From: Planctopirus limnophila DSM 3776
GTDB taxonomy: Bacteria > Planctomycetota > Planctomycetia > Planctomycetales > Planctomycetaceae
Length of the DNA stretch: 32,000 bases
Direction of reading: 5' to 3'
Assembly (NCBI RefSeq): GCF_000092105.1
Contig: NC_014148.1
Span: 4,710,001-4,742,000 of the forward strand
Shown here: one piece after another, positions 17,248 through 25,335 of the stretch
How positions within the stretch are numbered: the stretch's first letter is position 1
Layout: every line of letters starts with the position of its first letter
The notes under the pieces: generated by a model
The model's database searches: none
Told to the model about the DNA's origin: nothing
The model's input: only the letters and a program-made list of their open reading frames with translations
Made by a program: the position numbers and the translations under genes

Positions 17248-18255
17248 TCAAGGGATCTGAGCCGTCACCTTGGCAAAATGTTCGCGCGCTTCATCAACCA
17301 GAATGTCGTACTTGCCGGCATAGCGTTTGGCAAAATGGATCAGCACCAGTTTCTCGGCTTTTGCCAGGCGTGCCAATTCACCTGCCTGAGAAGCCGTCAT
17401 ATGGTGATACTTCAGTGCCTGCGATAACTGCCCCTGGGCGTAGAACGAATCGCAATAAAGGACACTGGCCCGCTGTGCAATCGAAAGTAACCTCGATCGA
17501 GAAGCTTCATTCCAGAGCGTATCTGTCACAAAAGCGAGTCGGGCCCCCAGGCTTTTCAGAAAGAACTTATCCCGCAAAGTCGCCAGCGGATAACTCCCAC
17601 CTTCAATCAGAACTTGAGTTCCATTCGGAGCATCCTCACGCAAAAGGCCCAGGACATCCCCTATCCAACTCCCCGGCTTTAACAAACTTTTCCGCAGTGC
17701 ATCGACATTCAAAAACCAACCCGGCTTCTCAATCACAGCGTAACTCAAACACGGCACCGTATGCTCGGCAAAGACGGCCTCCACCTGAATCGTCTCATTC
17801 TCGAAAATCACACATCCCGTTCGCGCCTCATCACGAATCTCCGGCGGTGGAAACTTTCGACCACAGTCGAGACGTCCCACACGAAAGCCATCTTCATGAA
17901 TCTCATAAACATCAATGACGATCTTCTGAAACGGAAAGAATTGAAATTCATAGCTGCGAATGCGATCCGCCACCTTCTCAATAGTCTTCGGCGGGCCATA
18001 GATCCTTAACGTTTTGTCTCGATCCATATTCGCACGGATAATGCGATCCAGACCCACAAAATGATCGATATGATGATGCGTAATCAGCACCACGGAAAGA
18101 TCCGCCAACTGTTCCAACGAGAGAGCACCATTCTCTCCCGCATCCAGCAGAACTGCATCATCCCGATCCGGATAATCGATCAGCAGGACAGGATCTCCTG
18201 TTGATCCATTCACCAAGATCAATTCGGCATGAAATCTCGCTAGCGACTCAGGCAC
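17248..18255 (-). CDS. MBL-fold metallo-hydrolase (RNase Z / RNase BN-like)
   Basis: It has the HxHxDH motif in VVLITHHHIDHFVGLDRII. The GTG start at 18255 is preceded by GAGGGAG 6 nt upstream. There is no in-frame ATG near the N-terminus. Confidence 0.8.
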   Translation of the reverse strand: MPESLARFHAELILVNGSTGDPVLLIDYPDRDDAVLLDAGENGALSLEQLADLSVVLITHHHIDHFVGLDRIIRANMDRDKTLRIYGPPKTIEKVADRIRSYEFQFFPFQKIVIDVYEIHEDGFRVGRLDCGRKFPPPEIRDEARTGCVIFENETIQVEAVFAEHTVPCLSYAVIEKPGWFLNVDALRKSLLKPGSWIGDVLGLLREDAPNGTQVLIEGGSYPLATLRDKFFLKSLGARLAFVTDTLWNEASRSRLLSIAQRASVLYCDSFYAQGQLSQALKYHHMTASQAGELARLAKAEKLVLIHFAKRYAGKYDILVDEAREHFAKVTAQIP

Positions 18256-18363
18256 ACAAATCTCCCTCGATCAACAGAGACCCGGCTTCCTGCGCTGGTA
18301 CTGTCGGTGGATACCAACGATCCAAAGCCTCGCATCTCGCACGAATTCATCGATCTCATCACG

Positions 18364-18864
18364 CTAGAATCGATTCTGACTGATCGCGATAATGACTCCA
18401 ATCGCGAGCAAGCCATTATATGTGGTGGCGATGAACCCCAGAACAATTCCAATCCAGGCGTGGACGCTTCCTTTAATCACCGGGTTCTGACTGCGTTTAT
18501 ACAACCCCACAATCCCCAGAATAAATGCTGGGATCGAGAAGACGAGACCGAAGAGTGGGAACAGGCCAAAGATACCGAGATAGTATGCGATGAGTGCCGA
18601 TGGATTTTTGTAAGGGATCAATCCACCCGTACTGTCCCCACCTTTTTCTGCGGAAGAAGCTCCTCCCTTTTTGACAGGTGGAACATTCATCCCGGCGGGA
18701 ATCTCAATCCCAGGCACCATCTCCAAAGGCATCCAGTCTTCACAACCTTTGTACCAGGCACTCACCTCTCCCGGCAGAAGCACCCCCTCCGCAATCTGCG
18801 AATTGACCTCCTCCAACTCAAAAGGCCCCTGCTTCTTGCCATTCACATGCAAATGAATTTTCAT
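18364..18864 (-). CDS. GYF_2 (DUF4339) domain plus DUF4190 membrane protein
   Basis: The N-terminus IHLHVNGKKQGPFELEEVNSQIAEGVLLPGEVSAWYKGCEDWMPL is GYF-like. The C-terminus has hydrophobic helices (ALIAYYLGIFGLFPLFGLVFSIPAFILGIVGL, AWIGIVLGFIATTYNGLLAIGVIIAI). Confidence 0.7.
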   Translation of the reverse strand: MKIHLHVNGKKQGPFELEEVNSQIAEGVLLPGEVSAWYKGCEDWMPLEMVPGIEIPAGMNVPPVKKGGASSAEKGGDSTGGLIPYKNPSALIAYYLGIFGLFPLFGLVFSIPAFILGIVGLYKRSQNPVIKGSVHAWIGIVLGFIATTYNGLLAIGVIIAISQNRF

Positions 18865-18927
18865 AGAGATCTCTCAAATCAATCTTTGATAGACATATCG
18901 TACGTACGAACTTCTGAATGAATCATG

Positions 18928-20370
18928 CTACCATGGCAAGGAGTAAGTCTTCGAATTCGAGTAGAACTTCTTCGCTTCAATAATCCCTTCTTTAATCCCC
19001 AGACCGGAATCTTTAATTCCTCCGAACGGAGCCTGCTCCAGCCGATAACCGGGGACTTCATTCACATGGACCATTCCGGTATGCAGTTCGCGAATCGCCG
19101 TCATCGCCTGTGACATCGAATCGGTCACGACACTCGTCGAAAGCCCATAGCGGCTACTGTTGGCATATTGAATCGCATCTGCCAGATCTCTTACAGGAAT
19201 GATCGGCGTCACGGGCCCGAAGGTCTCTTCCACAACAAGAGGCGCGTCGCGAGGCACATCTTTCAGCACTGTCGGAGCCAGCAGTGCGACGTTCCTCTGA
19301 CCACCTGTCAGCAGGACAGCTCCCCGGGCCATGGCCTCATGCAGACTCTTTTCAATACCAATAGCGGCTGATTCCGAAATTAAAGTGCCGACATCGGTCT
19401 TAGAGTCCTCGGGATCTCCACTCATAAAGGCTTTGGTGGCCTCCGTAATCCTTTGCGCGAGTTCTTCATAGATACTCTCTTCAGCCAGCACACGCTTCAC
19501 TGCCGTGCAGCGCTGGCCCGAATTGCGATAGCTCCCTTCGCAAGCCAGCTTGGCTGCCAATGCCAGGTCGGCATCTTTCAACACGATGAGTTCCGAGTTG
19601 CCCCCCAGCTCCAGGCAGACTCGCTTGTAACCAGCCATTCCTGCAATCCGCTTCCCGACAGCGACACTCCCCGTGAAAGAAATCGCCTCCACACGAGGAT
19701 CGGTGATCAGCGGCTCGATCACCGTATCAACTGGCCCAATAAGTACACTCAGCATCCAGCCGGGAAGACCCGCTTCATACAGTGTTTCTGCAAATCGGAC
19801 AGCCGTCAGCGGGGTCTTATCGGAAGGCTTCAAAATGATCGGCGTTCCCGCAGCGATCGCCGGGGCCACCTTATGAGCCAGTTGTGTCAACGGGTGATTG
19901 AAGGGAGTGATCGCAGCCGCCAGCCTTAAAGGCTCACGCATCACATGGACTGAGCGATTCCTGCTGCCCAGTATTTTCCCCGGCGGTGTCACATCGCCCC
20001 AGAACGTCGCATCATCGCATTCCATGGCGGCCATCGAAGCACCATGGAGCACATCACATACGCGGCTCGCTTCGGCTCTAGTATCTTTGAGCGCGAGGCC
20101 CGTCTCCCGCGTCATCAACCGGGCGAATTCTTCCGTTCGCTGAGAAAAGATCAGGCTGGCACGCCGCAAAACCTGCTCCCGGCTATACCGACTCAAAGGC
20201 GCATGACCTTTGAGAGCCGCCTGGATCGCTGCTTCGAGATGCTCATGCCGGGCCGTTGAGACAGTTCCCGTCAGCGATCCATCATAAGGATACCGCACCT
20301 CGAGCGGCTGACTCGTCACCAGCGGCTCACCAGCAATATATAAGGGCAAACAGACAGGAATAAATGACAT
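18928..20370 (-). CDS. NAD(P)-dependent aldehyde dehydrogenase
   Basis: ALDH motifs are CLELGGNS (catalytic Glu), NSGQRCTAVKRV (catalytic Cys), FTGSVAVGK and EETFGPV. The start is ATG 20370 or TTG 20385, which is 27 or 12 nt from the upstream stop. Confidence 0.92.
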   Translation of the reverse strand: MSFIPVCLPLYIAGEPLVTSQPLEVRYPYDGSLTGTVSTARHEHLEAAIQAALKGHAPLSRYSREQVLRRASLIFSQRTEEFARLMTRETGLALKDTRAEASRVCDVLHGASMAAMECDDATFWGDVTPPGKILGSRNRSVHVMREPLRLAAAITPFNHPLTQLAHKVAPAIAAGTPIILKPSDKTPLTAVRFAETLYEAGLPGWMLSVLIGPVDTVIEPLITDPRVEAISFTGSVAVGKRIAGMAGYKRVCLELGGNSELIVLKDADLALAAKLACEGSYRNSGQRCTAVKRVLAEESIYEELAQRITEATKAFMSGDPEDSKTDVGTLISESAAIGIEKSLHEAMARGAVLLTGGQRNVALLAPTVLKDVPRDAPLVVEETFGPVTPIIPVRDLADAIQYANSSRYGLSTSVVTDSMSQAMTAIRELHTGMVHVNEVPGYRLEQAPFGGIKDSGLGIKEGIIEAKKFYSNSKTYSLPW

Positions 20371-20397
20371 GATATGAACCAGCAACTCGATAAATAA

Positions 20398-21186
20398 TTA
20401 CTCGGACTTCTTTGTGTCTTTCGACTTTTTGGATTTCTTCTTCTCTTTGACTTTATAGGTCTTGGGATCGGGCTCCCACTCTTCCAGATTCAACATCTCG
20501 CCTCGAAGAGTCATATACAAGAGATGAATTTCAGGTGGTTTGCTTTGCCCTCGTATGACTTCAAACGGTTTTCCAGTTTTTTCCAGTGAACATTCTTCGG
20601 CCTTCTTTTCACAATCTACTCCAAATCGTTCGCTAATCGGCCACTGCTCATCGAAAATGGTTTGACTAATACTATCCCAACCTGCCTTTATCTGCTCCTT
20701 TAACCTTACTGCATACCATTGATGCATTTCGATCTCGCAGGCTTCACAGCTTAGGTGTTCACCCGTCTCAGTTTTGTCTTTCCCTTCAATGTCTTTGTTG
20801 AGATAGATCCGGAAAGCTCCACAGTTCTCATGTTGAATGATATAGATATCAGAGATCCCCTGCTTTGTCAGAATCAATCCCGCTTTCACCTGATCAAAGA
20901 AGGTCCGCTTCCATGCGCAGAACAACTTCATCAGATCAGACTCTGTCTTGATATTGGCCCTCTCATAACTTTCGACATCGCCTGTTTTAGGTGTGTGAAA
21001 GTCACCTTTTCGTAACTTCTCGACTAAACTCAGCGCCGTCCCGGCAATCGCGAAGTGGTAATACCGGTTCGTCATATTGTCCAGATGCAGGTAACTGACG
21101 ATGTCATCCAGCAGACGATAGTCCACACAACTGACCACCAATGCCAGTTTGCGGGGAGCAGGATAAGTGGGCCATGCCTGGGTCAT
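20398..21186 (-). CDS. Divergent beta-carbonic-anhydrase-like (Cab-type) zinc-protein candidate with a Lys-rich C-terminal tail
   Basis: RKLALVVSCVDYRL (C20-x-D22-x-R24, codons 21129-21115) and IYIIQHENCGAF (H119-x-x-C122, codons 20832-20821) match the beta-CA zinc-ligand and Asp-Arg dyad pattern, as in KLAIVTCMDSRL and HHTDCGM of Cab-type enzymes. The tail is KVKEKKKSKKSKDTKKSE. The CDS call is firmer than the functional call. Confidence 0.6.
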   Translation of the reverse strand: MTQAWPTYPAPRKLALVVSCVDYRLLDDIVSYLHLDNMTNRYYHFAIAGTALSLVEKLRKGDFHTPKTGDVESYERANIKTESDLMKLFCAWKRTFFDQVKAGLILTKQGISDIYIIQHENCGAFRIYLNKDIEGKDKTETGEHLSCEACEIEMHQWYAVRLKEQIKAGWDSISQTIFDEQWPISERFGVDCEKKAEECSLEKTGKPFEVIRGQSKPPEIHLLYMTLRGEMLNLEEWEPDPKTYKVKEKKKSKKSKDTKKSE

Positions 21187-21465
21187 GAGAGAACCTTTAA
21201 GGAGAGGGAGCGCGATGACGGTTCACCATCCAGAGTCCGATGTTTGACTCTGGCCGTGAAGCACCGACGGCTTGCATCCTAAAGAGTGCCCTGGCGTTCA
21301 GTCATCAAGAATATGCCGAAATTCTGCGCGAGTTTGAATTCTTCATCAAACCGTTTTCGCGGCTATTCGTGTGGCTTGATGGATGAAATCAAGCTCTTAA
21401 CACAAGTTCGTGCCACGGATGCGTAGACCATCATTTCAAGCATGAAAAACTTCAAAGCCGCTGTA

Positions 21466-22704
21466 TCAAGGCTTGATTGGGACAAACCGCACACAGACCG
21501 GAGCACCAATCGCCACAGGTTCTCCCTGCGGGGTCAATGTGCCTGTCGAGGCGTTGAACGCAAAGACCTGCACGCTGTTGCTCCCCTGGTGAGCCGCGAT
21601 GAGCCATTGGCCCGTCGGATCGAACGCAAAGTTTCTGGGTGTCTTTCCACCAGCGGGAACATTGGCCACCAGCTTCAATTCGCCCGTCTCTGGCCGAATA
21701 CTGAAGAGTGCCAGACTGTCATGACCGCGATTCGATCCCACCAGCCAGTTCCCCGAAGGATGGGCCACAATCTCTGCCGTCGAATTGCCAGGTGTGTTCG
21801 CATCTTTAGGTAGAGTCGAGACCGTCTGAATCGGCTCCAGATCTCCCTTGGTCGAGTCGTACTTAAAAGCGGTAATTGTCGAAGTGAGCTCATTAATCAC
21901 ATAGGCAAAGCGTCCATTGGGATGAAACGCTAAATGCCTGGGCCCGGAACCTGCCGCCACAGGTGCTGAAGGAATGTCATGAGGCTTGAGCGTGCGGGTC
22001 GCCGGGTCGAATTGATAGATAAAAATCTTGTCGCAACCCAGATCTGCCGCAAAGGCATAGCGATTCGACTGATCGAGATTGATCGAATGCGCATGCGGCT
22101 TCTGTTGCCGCTGTTTATTAATGCTCGACCCTTCATGCACCATGATCGACGAGGGCTTTTCCGGAACACCCTCCGCATTGAGAGGAAGTGATGCCACCGA
22201 GCCACCGCCATAGTTCGCGACAAACAAAGCACTTCCCGCCAGATCGACCGAAAGATGACATGGCCCCGCTCCGCCAGAAGGTTTCCAACCCAGTTCCTTG
22301 AGCGAACCATTGGCCGCTTCCCGCGAAAAAGCAATCACAGCCCCCGTCGGTCGTCCCGCTTCGCTCCCTGGCAGCGATTCGGCCACTTCACTCACACAGT
22401 AAATCACCGGCTTCGTCGGATGCATCGCCAGAAACGAAGGATTGGTCACCTTAGCCACCAGTTCCGGCTTCGAAAGAGCGCCCGTCGATGCATCGAAAGT
22501 CGATCGATAAATCCCTTCACTGGTCCCTGAGGTATAAGTTCCAAAATAAACATGGAACAATGCGGGCGTTTTGGTTTCTTGTGCCTGGGCTGGCTTCGCC
22601 ATCGAAAACATCAACTGCGCGAATGTCAGCAGCCACACAGCCAGAGGCAACCCGCCGTTCGTCAACTGTTGGAAAAAATCTTTCAGCTTCCGTGCCGCTG
22701 ACAT
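21466..22704 (-). CDS. Lactonase-family 7-bladed beta-propeller (6-phosphogluconolactonase-like), secreted
   Basis: It reads FHVYFGTYTSG.SEGIY...HLSVD..G..LFVANYGGGSV...HAHSI..D.SNRYAF.ADLG.DKI.IY. The signal peptide is LPLAVWLLTFAQLMFSMAKPAQA. AGGAG lies 7 nt upstream of the ATG. Confidence 0.85.
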   Translation of the reverse strand: MSAARKLKDFFQQLTNGGLPLAVWLLTFAQLMFSMAKPAQAQETKTPALFHVYFGTYTSGTSEGIYRSTFDASTGALSKPELVAKVTNPSFLAMHPTKPVIYCVSEVAESLPGSEAGRPTGAVIAFSREAANGSLKELGWKPSGGAGPCHLSVDLAGSALFVANYGGGSVASLPLNAEGVPEKPSSIMVHEGSSINKQRQQKPHAHSINLDQSNRYAFAADLGCDKIFIYQFDPATRTLKPHDIPSAPVAAGSGPRHLAFHPNGRFAYVINELTSTITAFKYDSTKGDLEPIQTVSTLPKDANTPGNSTAEIVAHPSGNWLVGSNRGHDSLALFSIRPETGELKLVANVPAGGKTPRNFAFDPTGQWLIAAHQGSNSVQVFAFNASTGTLTPQGEPVAIGAPVCVRFVPIKP

Positions 22705-22788
22705 GGGAGACTCCTGAGGAACTGGAAAACCTGTTTTCGATTAGCTGCAGTGTGTGTTGCCACGAATCAGGCTGTCAAGCAGAGGAGG

Positions 22789-23757
22789 CTACCGAGCCAC
22801 TGGCCGGAACCATTCCCGCACCAGTGTGCGAAACTGAGCAAGATTCTTGATGGCGTGGATCTCCTTCTTGAACTCCGCAAAATCCGGGAGGAACTTCGCA
22901 AAGTAGCAAGCCGTCCGGGCCAGTCGCTTCTGGGCCAGATGAGCTGAATAAAACTCGAACTCATGCTCGACCAGAGCCAGCAGTACTTTCCCTCGCTCGG
23001 CAGGACTCGGCTCAATAATCTCACGACTGCCAAACAGCAGCGTACGGGCCTGCTGAAAGATCCACGGGTTCCCCAGGCAACCCCGGCCAATCGCCACGCC
23101 ATCGGCTCCACTCGATTCCAGAAAACTGATGGCATCCTGAGGCGTACGCACTCCACCACTTCCTAACACCGGAATCGAAACCGCTTCCTTCACACGCGTC
23201 ACATGCTGCCAGTCCGGCCCACCCAGATAAGCCTGCTCGACACTGCGGGCATGCAGAATTATGGCCGCACCGCCAGCCTGCTCGACTCGCTGGGCTGTTT
23301 CGACAGCGGTGTCTTCGCCCGCTTTAGGGCCTGTCCGCAATTTGACTGTCACCGGGATCGAGACCGCCTGCTTAGCTGCCGCCACCAGCTCGGCAATCCG
23401 CTGTGGCTGCCCCATCAGCGCACCACCTTCGCCACGACCCACCAGACGACGGATCGGGCACTCAAAATTGAGATCGACCATTGAAAAACCGAGTTCTTCA
23501 ATGACCCGGGCGGCTTCACCAATCTGAGCAGCATCATTCCCGCTGATCTGCCCGACAGCCGGCCGCTCCGCCGAAGTCGTCGAGAGCAGCTTGATCGCGC
23601 GCTTATCCCGCTCGGCCACATCTTTGGCATCGATCCGCTCACTGCAAACCAGGCTGGCTCCCTGCTGCTTGCAAATCAGCCGGAAAGGCAAACTCGTATG
23701 CTCCTCCATCGGAGCTAATGTCAGCCCATGAGCCAGACTGATATTCCCAATACGCAT
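22789..23757 (-). CDS. tRNA-dihydrouridine synthase
   Basis: It reads LAPMEEHTSLPFRLICKQQGA.LV.SE..., DLNFECP, ITVKLRTG and AIILHARS..Q.Y.G.DW (Dus family TIM barrel). The start is 11 nt after the stop of the upstream gene. Confidence 0.9.
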   Translation of the reverse strand: MRIGNISLAHGLTLAPMEEHTSLPFRLICKQQGASLVCSERIDAKDVAERDKRAIKLLSTTSAERPAVGQISGNDAAQIGEAARVIEELGFSMVDLNFECPIRRLVGRGEGGALMGQPQRIAELVAAAKQAVSIPVTVKLRTGPKAGEDTAVETAQRVEQAGGAAIILHARSVEQAYLGGPDWQHVTRVKEAVSIPVLGSGGVRTPQDAISFLESSGADGVAIGRGCLGNPWIFQQARTLLFGSREIIEPSPAERGKVLLALVEHEFEFYSAHLAQKRLARTACYFAKFLPDFAEFKKEIHAIKNLAQFRTLVREWFRPVAR

Positions 23758-23768
23758 GCCAAAAACCT

Positions 23769-24767
23769 TCAGGAAGCGGCTTTCGCTTCCAGCCCAATGA
23801 GTGCTCGAATCCCTAATCCATAAAAAGTGTATTCAACGTCAGCTTCTCGATCCCAGCCAGCGGCGAGAAATCCACCCGTCGGGACTTCAATACTTTTCAT
23901 AAAGGCACCCACTCTCCTCCACGGACTGGGAGATTCAATGTCCAACGTGCGACATGTCACCAGAGCTGTGAAGGTTGATAATCCATCCGGGAAAGGGATG
24001 CGGCTGTTCGCCAGATAACCCCCATCACTCGCTTTCACATCACTCAAAAAGCCTGCCACATCGCTTTTGAGTGCCGGTGTAATCTCGCCATACATCTTCA
24101 GTAAGGCGACGGCTGCAGCCGTGGGGTTGGTGCCACTGCGCTTCATAGGACCAATTTCGACAAACCCGCCATCATCCCGCTGGCGCGATTTCACAAAGCT
24201 CATCAGTCGAGCAATCTCCGGCGGCGACTGGCCCACCAGTTCATAAGCCAGCGCTGCCAGAAAGCTGTGATACGTGCTGCTCGATACACCTTCCATCGAT
24301 TTGGCATAGCCGCCATCAGGCCGGCGAAGTTCTTCGAGCCTGTGGACCGCTTGCAGCACGTCCTCTGATGACACAGTTGAGTTGGCCGCTTGAACAGTGA
24401 CAGTTTCGATCCCCTGTTCGATCTGGAGCACGACACTCAAGTACAGCCAACTGACGAGATCAATGACATTGAGGCGGGGTGACCAGGCCTGGCCCAGCCA
24501 GTTTCCTGCACGCCGCGCCACCTGAGGAGAAAGCTGCCCCAGTGCCACAAGTGATCTCACGGCAAAAGCCGCGTAGTACAGGTCGGAAGTCGCTTCATCG
24601 GCAGCCAGTGGTGTCCCATCGAGGGCTTCCACTCGTCCACCAAAGCCTCCATCGTCCTGCTGGCGGCTCTCGATGAAGCGGGCATGTCTTTGTGCCAGCT
24701 CGAGAGGAAAAGTCGCCAATCCCCGCTTGAGATCATCTCCCAAAGTAATGAGATATCCAGCCGACAT
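23769..24767 (-). CDS. Prenyltransferase / squalene-oxidase repeat (alpha-alpha toroid) protein
   Basis: Five repeats spaced about 50 aa apart carry the DGGF/DGGY motif: QQDDGGFGGR, RRPDGGYAKS, RQRDDGGFVE, ASDGGYLAN and VPTGGFLAA. Confidence 0.75.
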   Translation of the reverse strand: MSAGYLITLGDDLKRGLATFPLELAQRHARFIESRQQDDGGFGGRVEALDGTPLAADEATSDLYYAAFAVRSLVALGQLSPQVARRAGNWLGQAWSPRLNVIDLVSWLYLSVVLQIEQGIETVTVQAANSTVSSEDVLQAVHRLEELRRPDGGYAKSMEGVSSSTYHSFLAALAYELVGQSPPEIARLMSFVKSRQRDDGGFVEIGPMKRSGTNPTAAAVALLKMYGEITPALKSDVAGFLSDVKASDGGYLANSRIPFPDGLSTFTALVTCRTLDIESPSPWRRVGAFMKSIEVPTGGFLAAGWDREADVEYTFYGLGIRALIGLEAKAAS

Positions 24768-25335
24768 ATTGCGTCACTACCTGCCGTTCGTCACTGGGAA
24801 TCTTCTGGATGTCCGCTGAGCCATCATGAGCCTGCGCTCGTCAAATCCTCTTGACCGACTCGCTTGATGAGACTATTCGTTACACCAGAAAGAATCGATC
24901 AACTCACAGGAAATCGGCACAAAACACTTAGATTTCCTGAAGTACCGTCGATAACTCGATGATGATTCGACGATTCATATCGGAAACTCAGCCGTAACCC
25001 TTGGCGTTTCCCACAGGCTCAAGCGCCTCGCAGAAAGCGACCTTGATAAGTCCCTCGATGTGGGACTGTTTCTGCCAGGTTATTGACACCTATTCGATGG
25101 CTTCTCAACAGGGACAGATTGTGTGTAAATCAACCTAAGTGTTCTTCTCACTTCTGGTTGCCACAAAAAAGTTATTCACAATCCACAATCAGACGGTCGC
25201 TTCTACGAATTCTCCTGCGAGAACATAAAGTTCTTATAGAGAAGAGAAGAGGAAGCCAGAAAATCTTCCCGATGAAGTGAACATCGTCTTCGTTCAAGTG
25301 ACGATCAGTCTCTGAAGTGTTCAGGAATTTGCAGG

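Noticed and set aside
25083-25280. The 65-aa ORF in the AT-rich region downstream of flgE.
   Set aside because: It has a TTG start, no RBS, and basic low-complexity sequence in an AT-rich non-coding stretch.
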